From: Pseudomonadota bacterium
GTDB lineage: Bacteria; Pseudomonadota; Alphaproteobacteria; Rhodobacterales; Rhodobacteraceae
NCBI GenBank assembly: GCA_039193885.1
Contig: JBCCWL010000002.1
Location: 41,854 to 105,853, forward strand
Reading direction: 5' to 3'
DNA length: 64,000 nt
Shown here piece after piece: positions 20,767 through 30,322 of this stretch (position 1 is its first letter; every line of letters begins with the position of its first letter). Made by a program: the position numbers and the translations under genes. The notes below the pieces were generated by a model that was given only the letters and a program-made list of their open reading frames with translations, did no database searches and was not told the DNA's origin.

Positions 20767-21550
20767 CACAGGTTCCCTGGCTGCCATCGTCCAGGGCCAA
20801 GGACCATTGATCGTCCTGTTGCACGGGGTCGGATTGCGTGCCGAAGCCTGGGGTGCCCAAATTGATCATCTCGCAGACAAGGGTTACCGGGTCGTGGCCC
20901 CTGACATGATCGGACATGGCGAAAGCCCGTTCAAACCAGCCCACACGATCCAGGATTTCTCGACACCCGTGACAGAGGTCCTGGACGAGCCTGCGCTGAT
21001 TATTGGTCATTCTATGGGGTCAATGATGGCTCTGCATGTCGCACTTTCACACCCTGGCCAGATGCGCGGCCTTGTCGCTTTGAATGCGGTCTATCAACGC
21101 GACGAAGCGGCGCAAAAGGCGGTGCAGCTACGTGCCAGTTCCTTGGATGGCCAAAGCGTTTCTGATCCCGAACAAACGCTTGCAAGATGGTTTGGCAGCT
21201 CTCGCAACCCGCAACGGGATGCCTGCGAAACCTGGCTGCGGTCTGTTTCTCCCAGGGCCTATAAAGCCGCCTATTGCGCATTCGCACGTAGCACGACCCC
21301 CACGTCTGAGCAGCTGGAAAGGCTGAGCTGTCCGGCGCTTTTCATGACCGGCTCGGAGGAGCCAAACTCCACCCCGGAAATGTCGCACCGCATGGCTGAC
21401 ACGGCCGCAAATGCACGTGCACACGATATCACTGGTGCGGCTCACATGATGCCGATGACGCATCCGGATGAAACCAATGCCAAACTTGAGAGCTTCGCGC
21501 AGCACTGTTTCGGTTCTAAGATAAGTACCCCGGCCCCGGGGCTAGGTTGA
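20738..21550 (+). CDS. Alpha/beta hydrolase, TgnD-like
   Basis: LLHGVG, GHSMG nucleophile, NSTP, AHMM; sits in the tgn-like operon. Confidence 0.75.
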   Translation: MTWTTRPRSNTGSLAAIVQGQGPLIVLLHGVGLRAEAWGAQIDHLADKGYRVVAPDMIGHGESPFKPAHTIQDFSTPVTEVLDEPALIIGHSMGSMMALHVALSHPGQMRGLVALNAVYQRDEAAQKAVQLRASSLDGQSVSDPEQTLARWFGSSRNPQRDACETWLRSVSPRAYKAAYCAFARSTTPTSEQLERLSCPALFMTGSEEPNSTPEMSHRMADTAANARAHDITGAAHMMPMTHPDETNAKLESFAQHCFGSKISTPAPGLG

Positions 21551-21562
21551 AAGGATAATTAA

Positions 21563-22597
21563 ATGGATTTTTCGTTATTTGTTCACATGGAACGCCTGAC
21601 ACCGGATCAGCCTCACGACGTGCTCTACGAAGAATTTGTCGGCCTGGCGAAAATGGCCGATGACGGTGGAATGCGCGCGGTCTGGACCGGCGAGCATCAT
21701 GGAATGGAATTCACGATTGCGCCAAACCCGTTTCTGTCCCTGGTTGATCTGAGCCATCACACCAAGAACGTGCGCCTGGGCACCGGGACCGTCATCGCGC
21801 CATTCTGGCACCCGATCAAGCTTGCAGGAGAGGCCGCAGCAGCTGACCAAATGACCAAAGGCCGGATCGAGCTGGGCATCGCGCGCGGGGCATATTCCTT
21901 CGAGTATGAGCGGCTGCAACCCGGAATGGACGCCTGGGAAGCCGGTCAAAGGATGCGCGAAACCGCACCTTTGGTTCCGAAAATCTGGCACGGCGATTGC
22001 GCTCATGAAGGCGAATTCTACGCTTTCCCGGCCACAACATCTGCCCCGAAACCTTTGCAAAAGGATGGCCCACCAATTTGGATCGCGGCCCGCGACCCAA
22101 ACAGCCACGCATTCGGTGTCGAAAACGGCTTCAACATCCAAGTCACGCCCCTTTGGCAAGGCATGGAAGAAATCGAGGCTCTGATGGGCCGCTTCAACGA
22201 CGCCTGTTCTGCCTATGACGGACCACGGCCCAAAATCATGCTGTTGCACCACAGCTATGTCGGCAAGGATGACGACGATGTCGCGCAAGGCCTGACCGAT
22301 CTCCAAAGATACTACAATTATTTCGGGGCCTGGTTCCTCAACAAACGCAAGGTCAAACAGGCGTTGATCGACCCTTTGACACAGGCAGAGATCGACGCAA
22401 ACCAAATGTATGCGCAAGACAAGCTGGGCCGAGATCTGACAATCGGAACCACCCAACAGGTCATCGACCGTATCAAACGATATGAAGATCTTGGCTTTGA
22501 CGAGTTTTCGTTCTGGGTCGACAGCGGTATGAGCATAGAGCGCAAACGTGCATCGCTGTCGCGGTTCATTGAAGACGTGATGCCAGTTTTCCAGTGA
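21563..22597 (+). CDS. tgnB: Luciferase-like (LLM) flavin monooxygenase, trigonelline monooxygenase-like
   Basis: FSLFVHMER, WTGEHH, APFWHPIKLAGEAA, GIARGAYSFEYER, AARDPNSH, YNYFGAWF match my recollection of A. baylyi TgnB. Confidence 0.75.
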   Translation: MDFSLFVHMERLTPDQPHDVLYEEFVGLAKMADDGGMRAVWTGEHHGMEFTIAPNPFLSLVDLSHHTKNVRLGTGTVIAPFWHPIKLAGEAAAADQMTKGRIELGIARGAYSFEYERLQPGMDAWEAGQRMRETAPLVPKIWHGDCAHEGEFYAFPATTSAPKPLQKDGPPIWIAARDPNSHAFGVENGFNIQVTPLWQGMEEIEALMGRFNDACSAYDGPRPKIMLLHHSYVGKDDDDVAQGLTDLQRYYNYFGAWFLNKRKVKQALIDPLTQAEIDANQMYAQDKLGRDLTIGTTQQVIDRIKRYEDLGFDEFSFWVDSGMSIERKRASLSRFIEDVMPVFQ

Positions 22598-22605
22598 GGG
22601 ATCCA

Positions 22606-24084
22606 ATGGGAACGAAACCACATTTCCAACTCTTTATCGACGGAGCTTGGTGCGACGGTGCGGATGGTATGATCACCTACAGCATCAATCCAGCCACAGG
22701 AGAAGACTGGGCCACTTTTGCCTGTGCTGCACCCTCAGATGTCGACCGTGCTGTGTCTGCCGCAGCCCGTGCGCTCGACGACCCGGCCTGGCGCGACATC
22801 ACACAAACCGCACGAGGAAAACTGCTGTTTCGTCTCGCCGACCTGATCGAACAAAACGCACGCCACATCGGCGAGATCGAGACCAAAGACAGTGGAAAAT
22901 TACTGGCCGAGACGGCTGCACAAACCGGATATGTTGGCGACTATTACCGGTATTACGGCGGCTTGGCAGACAAGATCGAGGGCGCGGTTCTGCCAATCGA
23001 CAAACCCAACATGCATGTGTTCACCAGGCGCAAGCCCGTGGGTGTGGTCGCCGCGATCGTCCCTTGGAACGCGCAAATGTTTCTGACCGCGACCAAGCTC
23101 GGCCCCGCCTTGGCGGCCGGCTGTACGGTAGTGCTGAAAGCCTCAGAAATTGCCCCGGCTCCGATGCTCGAATTTGCCCGACTTGTGGAGCAAGCCGGGT
23201 TTCCGCCTGGGGTTGTCTCAGTGATTACCGGTGACGCGGAAAACTGTGCGATCCCGTTGACACGTCACGCGCGCGTGGACCGAATTGCGTTCACGGGCGG
23301 GCCCGAAACCGCGCGACATGTGGTGCGAAATTCAGCCGAAAATTTTGCCGTCACAACACTGGAGCTTGGCGGCAAGTCTCCGATCTTGGTGTTTGACGAT
23401 GCGGATCTGGATGGGGCTGCCAATGGTTTGATTGCCGGGAATTTCGGGGCCTCTGGTCAAAGCTGTGTCGCGGGATCACGCGGGTTGGTGCACCGGTCCA
23501 TTCTGGACCCACTAGCCCAGCGCATTGAGGATCTTTCAAAGACGATCGTCCTTGGAAATCCTCTTGAGGCCAGCACCCATATGGGGCCGCTTTGCACTCA
23601 AGCCCAGGTCGACAAAATTGATGCGACGCTGGAAGAGGCCAAATCCCAGGGGGCCAAGATCCGGTTCGGAGGCACGCCGTTGGAGGGGGCAGGATTTTAT
23701 GTCCCACCGACATTGGTCGAATGCACCAGCCCTGAGACCGCGACGCTGAAGACCGAGATGTTTGGCCCCGTCATGTCGCTTCTGCCCTTTGATACCGAAC
23801 AAGAGGCGATCGCGCTGGCCAACGCCTCAGAATTTGGTCTGGGTTCCGGGATCTTCACCCAAGACCTGGCGCGCGCGCATCGCGTCTCCGCGCGTCTGAA
23901 CTCCGGGATCTGCTGGATCAACACCTACCGAGCCGTCTCCCCGATTGCGCCTTTTGGCGGATTCAACCAGTCGGGCTACGGGCGCGAAGCCGGAACAGAG
24001 GCAGTGCTGGACTACACGCGCACCCAGACAACCTGGATCAACACGTCTGACGCACCGATGGAGAACCCATTCGTCATGCGCTAA
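22606..24084 (+). CDS. Aldehyde dehydrogenase, TgnC-like
   Basis: PWN, FTGG, LELGGKSP, GQSCVAGSR, EMFGPV, C-terminal NPFVMR. Confidence 0.85.
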   Translation: MGTKPHFQLFIDGAWCDGADGMITYSINPATGEDWATFACAAPSDVDRAVSAAARALDDPAWRDITQTARGKLLFRLADLIEQNARHIGEIETKDSGKLLAETAAQTGYVGDYYRYYGGLADKIEGAVLPIDKPNMHVFTRRKPVGVVAAIVPWNAQMFLTATKLGPALAAGCTVVLKASEIAPAPMLEFARLVEQAGFPPGVVSVITGDAENCAIPLTRHARVDRIAFTGGPETARHVVRNSAENFAVTTLELGGKSPILVFDDADLDGAANGLIAGNFGASGQSCVAGSRGLVHRSILDPLAQRIEDLSKTIVLGNPLEASTHMGPLCTQAQVDKIDATLEEAKSQGAKIRFGGTPLEGAGFYVPPTLVECTSPETATLKTEMFGPVMSLLPFDTEQEAIALANASEFGLGSGIFTQDLARAHRVSARLNSGICWINTYRAVSPIAPFGGFNQSGYGREAGTEAVLDYTRTQTTWINTSDAPMENPFVMR

Positions 24085-24093
24085 AGGGGCACG

Positions 24094-24471
24094 CTAGTTT
24101 GTGGTCTCAGACGGGTCCTGCGGCACATCCAGCGTCGACCACGTTTCATCTTTTGGCGGCGGTGGCGGCGTTTCGCATGTGGCACGGTGGATGTGCACCT
24201 TGGCGATGAAATTCGCGGAAATCGGTGCAGTCACGAACAAGAAGGCCATAATCAAAAGCTCATGAAATGAGCCTTCACCAATCGAGTAGGACTGAAACAT
24301 CGAGGCCAGCAGCAGCATCCCGATTCCGATGGTTCCAACCTTTGTTGGCGCGTGCAGCCGTGTCATCGGATCATTGAATTTCAACAGACCGATAACCCCG
24401 ACCAGAATGAATCCGGAACCGATCAACAGGCTGATCGCGGCCAAGATCGAAGTCGCGGTCCCAAAGCTCAT
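24094..24471 (-). CDS. phaG: Pha/Mrp antiporter subunit G
   Basis: RLHAPTK, FLFVTAPI. Confidence 0.9.
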   Translation of the reverse strand: MSFGTATSILAAISLLIGSGFILVGVIGLLKFNDPMTRLHAPTKVGTIGIGMLLLASMFQSYSIGEGSFHELLIMAFLFVTAPISANFIAKVHIHRATCETPPPPPKDETWSTLDVPQDPSETTN

Positions 24472-24755
24472 TCGATGATGTCCCCCCGCAAAATAAAGCG
24501 CGCCAGCGCTACGGTTGAAACGAAGCCCAGCATTGCTATCAGAAGTGACACCTCGAAATAGATTTCAAGGCCCTGTCGTATTCCCAAAACGACCACCAGT
24601 CCCAGCGCATTAATCACCATCGTATCAAGGGCCAGGATCCGGTCCCCTGTGCTTGGCCCCAACACCAGCCGCACCATCGACAGGACCTGCGCGGCAGCCA
24701 GGCTCGCGAAGGCGAACATGATGGCAAGATCCAGAAATTCCGACGCACCAATCAT
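24468..24755 (-). CDS. phaF: Pha/Mrp antiporter subunit F
   Basis: GPSTGDRILALD, GFVSTVALARF. Confidence 0.9.
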   Translation of the reverse strand: MIGASEFLDLAIMFAFASLAAAQVLSMVRLVLGPSTGDRILALDTMVINALGLVVVLGIRQGLEIYFEVSLLIAMLGFVSTVALARFILRGDIIE

Positions 24756-25252
24756 GAGAAGATCTCCAGCAGTCGACGCTCATAGCGCAATTTGATTTCA
24801 TCGCGTACAGCATCCGGATCATCTGTGTGCAGAACATGAACCAATAGGCTGTGACCTTCATCCGAGAGATCCGACGACACGGTCCCGGGCGTCAACGTGA
24901 TCGTGCCTGCCAACACTGTAATCGCCTCGGGCTGTCTGAGTTCTAGCGGCACGACGATCCAGGCTGATTTTAGCTTCGCATTCGGAACCGTCAAAACAAT
25001 CCAGGCGACCTGAATGTTCGCCAAGATGATGTCCCAGATCACGATAAGCGAATAGGTAAACATCTTGCCCAATCGGAACCCCTTCGGCGTATCAGGCCAC
25101 CAAACAGACGTCATCCAGGGGATGAGCACGCCGAGGATAAGCCCGAACACCACCATTCCGGCAGACACCTCATTTTGCAGCAAAACCCAGACGGCTGCCA
25201 GGATGAGCGTCAGAAAGGGATGGGGAAGCAACCAATGAAAGGCGCGAGTCAT
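24752..25252 (-). CDS. phaE: Pha/Mrp antiporter subunit E
   Basis: ANIQVA, ITLTPGT, RYERRL. Confidence 0.9.
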   Translation of the reverse strand: MTRAFHWLLPHPFLTLILAAVWVLLQNEVSAGMVVFGLILGVLIPWMTSVWWPDTPKGFRLGKMFTYSLIVIWDIILANIQVAWIVLTVPNAKLKSAWIVVPLELRQPEAITVLAGTITLTPGTVSSDLSDEGHSLLVHVLHTDDPDAVRDEIKLRYERRLLEIFS

Positions 25253-25253
25253 A

Positions 25254-26795
25254 TCAATGATTCTCCTTTGGTTTGCTGAGTTTTCCAGGCGTTTCGATCA
25301 CGGTGGAGATGTAGTCGACCGGATCAAATAACTGGCCGGAAATTTTGCTGGTGTAGCCATGAACTTGCCCTGCGAACACCGAATGGGCAACCAGGAGCGC
25401 GATCAAACCGCCCACAGAGGCGTAGGAAAGAACCGATGGGCGAGAGACATTTTCAGGTTCGCCTACGATTTCCGCAGAATGCGCCTTCCAAAAGATCACG
25501 CTGCCCGCGCGCGCAAATCCGACGACGCTGATCAAGCTGGAAATCAAGACCACCGCCCAGACCCACACGACGAGCGAACTGCCATAGGCTGCATCAAGCA
25601 CCAAAAGCTTGCCTAAAAAGCCCGATAACGGCGGCAGTCCGGCCATGGCAATCGCCCCGATGAAAAACAACGCGGCGGTGAGCGATGTTCCCAAAACCGG
25701 TGGGCGGGCCTCAAGCATCAAATCGGACCTACCTGTGCGCACCAGATCGCTGACCAGAAACAAAGTGGCGCCAGCAAGCGTCGAATGCAAGATGTAGTAG
25801 AGCGCCGCTGCAATACTATCCGGCGTAAACAGCGCAATTGACACCATAACCATGCCCATGGATCCGATGATTGAATAAGCCACCAACCGGTCGAGCTTGC
25901 GCGCGCCCAGCACGCCAACCATTCCAATGAACAAGGAGATCATTGCAGCTGGCAACAACCAGATATCATGCAGACCCGTGGTCACAGTTAGATCCGGATG
26001 GAAGATCATCGTGTAAACCCGAATGATCGCATAGGCACCGACCTTTGTCATAATGGCAAACAGTGCCGCAACAGGGGCCGGAGCTTCGGCGTAGCTTGAT
26101 GGCAGCCAAAAATGTAGCGGCACGAGCGCGGCCTTGATCGCAAAGACAAGCAGCAGCAGCACGGATGCAACCCGGATGCCCACGGTCTCGGACGGATCGA
26201 CCAGCGACACGCGCAGCGCCAGATCGGCCATATTCAACGTGCCGGTTTCCGCGTAAATTGAGCCCAGTGCAAAAAGGAACAGCGTGGACCCGATCAGGTT
26301 GAACAGGACATATTGAACACCTGCGCGCAAACGCGCATCACCGCCCGCGTGGATCATAAGCCCATAGGACGCGATCAACAGCACTTCAAAGAAGACGAAC
26401 AGGTTGAACAGGTCACCGGTCAGAAACGCGCCCAGGATACCCATAAGCTGGAACTGAAACAGAGCGTGGAAGTGCCGCCCTCGATTGTCCCACCCTGAAC
26501 CGATCGCATAGAGCAATACACAAAGTGCCAGAACTGACGTCAGCAAAACCATAAGTGTCGACAGTCGGTCTCCGACCAGAACAATGCCAAATGGGGCGGC
26601 CCAATCGGACAGCTGATAAAGCAGGACAGTTCCGTCAGAGACCTGCCACGCCAGCCCAGCCGAGATCATGACAAGGGCGAGCACACCCGCCACCGAGAAC
26701 ACGCGTTGGATCTGGATATGATAGCGCGCTGCCAGAATGATGAACGGAGCCAAGAGCGCCGGCAAAACGACAGGGGCGATGATCCAGTGGGTCAC
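25254..26795 (-). CDS. phaD: Pha/Mrp antiporter subunit D
   Basis: WAAPFGI, TGDLFNLFVFFE, HFWLP, TKVG. Confidence 0.92.
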   Translation of the reverse strand: MTHWIIAPVVLPALLAPFIILAARYHIQIQRVFSVAGVLALVMISAGLAWQVSDGTVLLYQLSDWAAPFGIVLVGDRLSTLMVLLTSVLALCVLLYAIGSGWDNRGRHFHALFQFQLMGILGAFLTGDLFNLFVFFEVLLIASYGLMIHAGGDARLRAGVQYVLFNLIGSTLFLFALGSIYAETGTLNMADLALRVSLVDPSETVGIRVASVLLLLVFAIKAALVPLHFWLPSSYAEAPAPVAALFAIMTKVGAYAIIRVYTMIFHPDLTVTTGLHDIWLLPAAMISLFIGMVGVLGARKLDRLVAYSIIGSMGMVMVSIALFTPDSIAAALYYILHSTLAGATLFLVSDLVRTGRSDLMLEARPPVLGTSLTAALFFIGAIAMAGLPPLSGFLGKLLVLDAAYGSSLVVWVWAVVLISSLISVVGFARAGSVIFWKAHSAEIVGEPENVSRPSVLSYASVGGLIALLVAHSVFAGQVHGYTSKISGQLFDPVDYISTVIETPGKLSKPKENH

Positions 26796-27148
26796 GACCG
26801 ATCTCCGTCGGATTGAGGTCCGGGTTCGGCTTGATCATCCACGTGATCGTCATCCGAGCCCAAAAACGCGCCCAGGCTGATCATTACGATAACAGCCGTC
26901 ATTCCAAATGAGATCACGATAGCCGTGAGAACCAAGGCTTGAGGAAGCGGATCGGTATAGGTTGAGACGTCGTCACGCAAAATGGGCGGCGCTCCGATGG
27001 TTAGGCGGCCCGAAGCGAACAGAAAAACGTTAACTGCATAGGTGAGCAAAGACATACCCAGGATGACCGGAAAGGTCCGTAGACGCAGCACCAGATACAA
27101 ACCTGCGGTCGTCATGGCCCCGATTGCGGATGCAACTAGAAATTCCAT
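26792..27148 (-). CDS. phaC: Pha/Mrp antiporter subunit C
   Basis: DPLPQALVLTAIVISF. Confidence 0.92.
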   Translation of the reverse strand: MEFLVASAIGAMTTAGLYLVLRLRTFPVILGMSLLTYAVNVFLFASGRLTIGAPPILRDDVSTYTDPLPQALVLTAIVISFGMTAVIVMISLGAFLGSDDDHVDDQAEPGPQSDGDRS

Positions 27149-27149
27149 C

Positions 27150-30029
27150 TCATCCGCCCTCGCTCATTTGACCAGCTTTGTCTTGCGGCGGGTCATCGCG
27201 GGATGGATCAATGTCCATCGGGTGTTCGCTGTCTTCCATATCCGCGCGTCTTGCCAGGCGTGAGAAGCTCTCAAGTGACAGCATGACCGCACCCACTACC
27301 GCCAGAAAAACGCCAAGATCAAACAGAGCCGCTGTGGCCAGCTCGAACTTTTCGAACGGTGGAATGCGCACATAGGTGAAATCGGATGTGAGGAAGGGTT
27401 TGCCAACAAACCAGGAACCGATCCCGGTCAAGCCTGCAACCAAAACGCCGGCACCGATGATCCCATGATACGGATATCGCAGTCGGGCCGTCGTCCAAGC
27501 AAAACCGCTTGCCATGTATTGCATGACCACTGCGATAGACACGACAAGTCCGGCGATGAACCCACCACCCGGTTCGTTATGGCCGCGCAGGAAGATATAG
27601 AAGCCAACCATCAAAACCACTGGCATGATCACGCGGGTCAAAACCACCATCATCATCGGATGCATGTCCCCAGCAACGGGACGATCCGGTGTCCGGTTCA
27701 ACAGCCGTGCGCGGACAGGTCCGTTCAGCAGTGTTTCCGTCAATGCGTAGATCAGCAGAGCGGCGATCCCCAGAACAATGATCTCGCCATAGGTGTCAAA
27801 TCCACGAAAATCCACGAGAATGACGTTCACGACATTGGTTCCGCCGCCGCCCTTATAGGAATTGGCGAGGTGGAAACCCGAGATCGGCGCATCCACCGCG
27901 TCACGCAGCATGTAGTGAAAGGCCAGCGCGAAGCTGGCCAAGCCGCCGGCGATTGCAATACTGGCATCTCTCACGCGCAGCAGCACCGTGCTTTCTATGG
28001 GCGTGCGTTTTGGAAGAAAGTTCAGCGCCAAAAGCAGTAAAATAATGGTTACGACCTCAACCGTGAACTGGGTCATCGCAAGATCCGGTGCGCTAAGGAA
28101 CACAAAGCCAACCGAAACCATCAGGCCGACGATGCCGATAAGAATGAGGGATAGAAGCCTGTTGCGGTGAAGGAAAACCAAACCGCCACAGGCCGCAACC
28201 AACATCAGCCATCCCGCCACCGGGACAAAGCCCGCGCTTTGCAACTCTCGGGTTGTGCCTGCCAGAGTTCCCGTTGTCCAGGCATGGTAGCCCGCTGCCA
28301 AAATGGTGATCGTGCCGATAAACGCGTAACGGGTGAAAGCCCCGGTATGCAGACCGGCAGTCACAGCGCGCGCCAGTCCCGCAAAAGCTTCTATCAACCC
28401 TTCGAAAATGGTCTTGGCTTCGGGGCGCGGGGTTGTCTCCCAAAGATGCAGCAAGGGTTTGTAGATCAGCATCAACAACAAGCCGCCGACCACGGCGGCC
28501 ACAGACATGTAGAGCGCCGGCACCAACCCATGCCAGATCTTGAAATAGGCCTTTGGCACATCCGCCTCCCCGCCCAGAAGCGAGGCTGTAACCAGCTTCA
28601 CGAAAGGCTCGGCCAGAAACGGGGCGACTCCGATAGCGACAACCAAAACCACCAGAATGGCCGGTGGCATCCACAGACCGGGGCCGGGATCATGCGGCGA
28701 GGCCGGGTAGTCATCGCGCACCGGACCCATAAATACATGACCAATCAGGCGGAAGCAGTAGGCTGCGGAAAACAGCGAGCCGATCACCGCCAATGACGGT
28801 ACCAGCCATGGCAAACCAAACAGAACTGTGTGGGTTGTTTCCTCCAGCATCATTTCTTTGGACAGAAAGCCGTTCAAAAACGGAATTCCGGCCATCGACA
28901 AGGCCGCCAATGTGACAATCACAAAGGTCACAGGCATCAAGTGGCGCAGCCCGCCAAGCCTGCGAATGTCGCGCGTGTGAGTTTCGTGATCCACGATACC
29001 AGCCGACATAAACAATGCCGCCTTGAAGGTCGCATGATTGAGAATGTGGAACACCGCAGCCATCGCGCCAAAGGCGGTCCCGGTGCCCAGGAGCATCGTG
29101 ATCAGGCCCAAATGGCTGACTGTCGAAAACGCCAAGAGCGCTTTCAGGTCATGTTTGAAAATCGCAATCAGCGCACCCAAGACCATGGTTACCAGACCGG
29201 CAGTCGTCACGATCGCAAACCACTCCGGCGTTCCAGAAAGAACGGGCCACATGCGGGCCATCAGGAAGATACCAGCCTTCACCATTGTCGCCGAGTGTAG
29301 GTAGGCCGAGACCGGCGTCGGTGCCGCCATCGCATGCGGCAACCAGAAATGGAACGGGAATTGCGCCGATTTGGTGAAGCACCCGAGCAAAATCAATAGC
29401 AAGGCTGGCACGTAAAGAGGATCGGCTTGTATCAACTCGCGGTTCTGGAGAATGACGCTGAGGTCATAGCTGCCGACGATCTGGCCCAAGATCAGCATGC
29501 CACCGATCATCGCCAAACCGCCCATCCCGGTGACGGTCAGAGCCATACGCGCGCCCTGACGCCCCTCAGGCAGATGTTTCCAATAGCCAATCAACAAGAA
29601 GGATGACAGCGAGGTCAGTTCCCAAAATACCAACAAAAGCAGAATATTATCGCTCAGGACAATCCCGACCATCGCGCCCTGAAACAACAGCAAATAGGTG
29701 AAAAACTCACCCATATTATCATCACGGCTTAGATAATGACGGGCATAGGCAATGATGAGCAGGCCGATCCCCAGGATCAAAAATGCGAAGAAGAATCCAA
29801 GCCCGTCGAGCATCAATGTGAAGTTCAAACCCAGTGCCGGCATCCAATCCAAGCGGGCTGTAACTACATCGTCTGCCAGAATCTGGGGAAGATTGGTCAG
29901 CAAGCCGAAGAATGCTGCCAGCGTGACTGTGAACGTCACACCAGCACAGGCCGCACGGCCTGCTGAATTCATCACCCCGGGAAACAATGCGCCAAAAAAC
30001 GGCAGGGCAACGATGAAGAAAAGGGACAC
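27150..30029 (-). CDS. phaA: Pha/Mrp antiporter fused subunit A/B
   Basis: TKSAQFPFHFWLP, YLHSATMVKAG, DFRGFDT, GHNEPGGGF; 959 aa fused group-2 type. Confidence 0.93.
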   Translation of the reverse strand: MSLFFIVALPFFGALFPGVMNSAGRAACAGVTFTVTLAAFFGLLTNLPQILADDVVTARLDWMPALGLNFTLMLDGLGFFFAFLILGIGLLIIAYARHYLSRDDNMGEFFTYLLLFQGAMVGIVLSDNILLLLVFWELTSLSSFLLIGYWKHLPEGRQGARMALTVTGMGGLAMIGGMLILGQIVGSYDLSVILQNRELIQADPLYVPALLLILLGCFTKSAQFPFHFWLPHAMAAPTPVSAYLHSATMVKAGIFLMARMWPVLSGTPEWFAIVTTAGLVTMVLGALIAIFKHDLKALLAFSTVSHLGLITMLLGTGTAFGAMAAVFHILNHATFKAALFMSAGIVDHETHTRDIRRLGGLRHLMPVTFVIVTLAALSMAGIPFLNGFLSKEMMLEETTHTVLFGLPWLVPSLAVIGSLFSAAYCFRLIGHVFMGPVRDDYPASPHDPGPGLWMPPAILVVLVVAIGVAPFLAEPFVKLVTASLLGGEADVPKAYFKIWHGLVPALYMSVAAVVGGLLLMLIYKPLLHLWETTPRPEAKTIFEGLIEAFAGLARAVTAGLHTGAFTRYAFIGTITILAAGYHAWTTGTLAGTTRELQSAGFVPVAGWLMLVAACGGLVFLHRNRLLSLILIGIVGLMVSVGFVFLSAPDLAMTQFTVEVVTIILLLLALNFLPKRTPIESTVLLRVRDASIAIAGGLASFALAFHYMLRDAVDAPISGFHLANSYKGGGGTNVVNVILVDFRGFDTYGEIIVLGIAALLIYALTETLLNGPVRARLLNRTPDRPVAGDMHPMMMVVLTRVIMPVVLMVGFYIFLRGHNEPGGGFIAGLVVSIAVVMQYMASGFAWTTARLRYPYHGIIGAGVLVAGLTGIGSWFVGKPFLTSDFTYVRIPPFEKFELATAALFDLGVFLAVVGAVMLSLESFSRLARRADMEDSEHPMDIDPSRDDPPQDKAGQMSEGG

Positions 30030-30269
30030 ACCAGAACCTTATTTAGCTTTAGGTCTAACCTGCAATTAAACGGATCGGTTTGCAAAAGCAAAGAGGATAC
30101 TGGCCGTTAAAGAGCGGCAGATGTCCGCATTGACCAAGGCTCAAGCAAACAGTTCCGATTATGTCGGAACGTCGCGCTAGAACGATCAACTCTCTTTAGT
30201 ACGGATTCGCCGGGCTTTGACCGAAATCTGATTGTCGAAATGCGGTTGAGAACAGGTCTTCCAAAAACA

Positions 30270-30299
30270 GCGGGAGCCGCACCACCATGCAGCTCCCGC
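30270..30299 (-). terminator. Rho-independent terminator of the tandem ABC operon
   Basis: GCGGGAGC...GCTCCCGC stem followed on the minus strand by TGTTTTT. Confidence 0.7.
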
Positions 30300-30322
30300 C
30301 AAATTTTCAAGTCACTTTGACC

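Noticed and set aside
21575-22621. 348-aa ORF antisense to the tgnB-like gene
   Set aside because: Antisense shadow with no family motifs.
24094-30029. pha/mrp operon as a novelty
   Set aside because: Canonical group-2 organisation with fused A/B.
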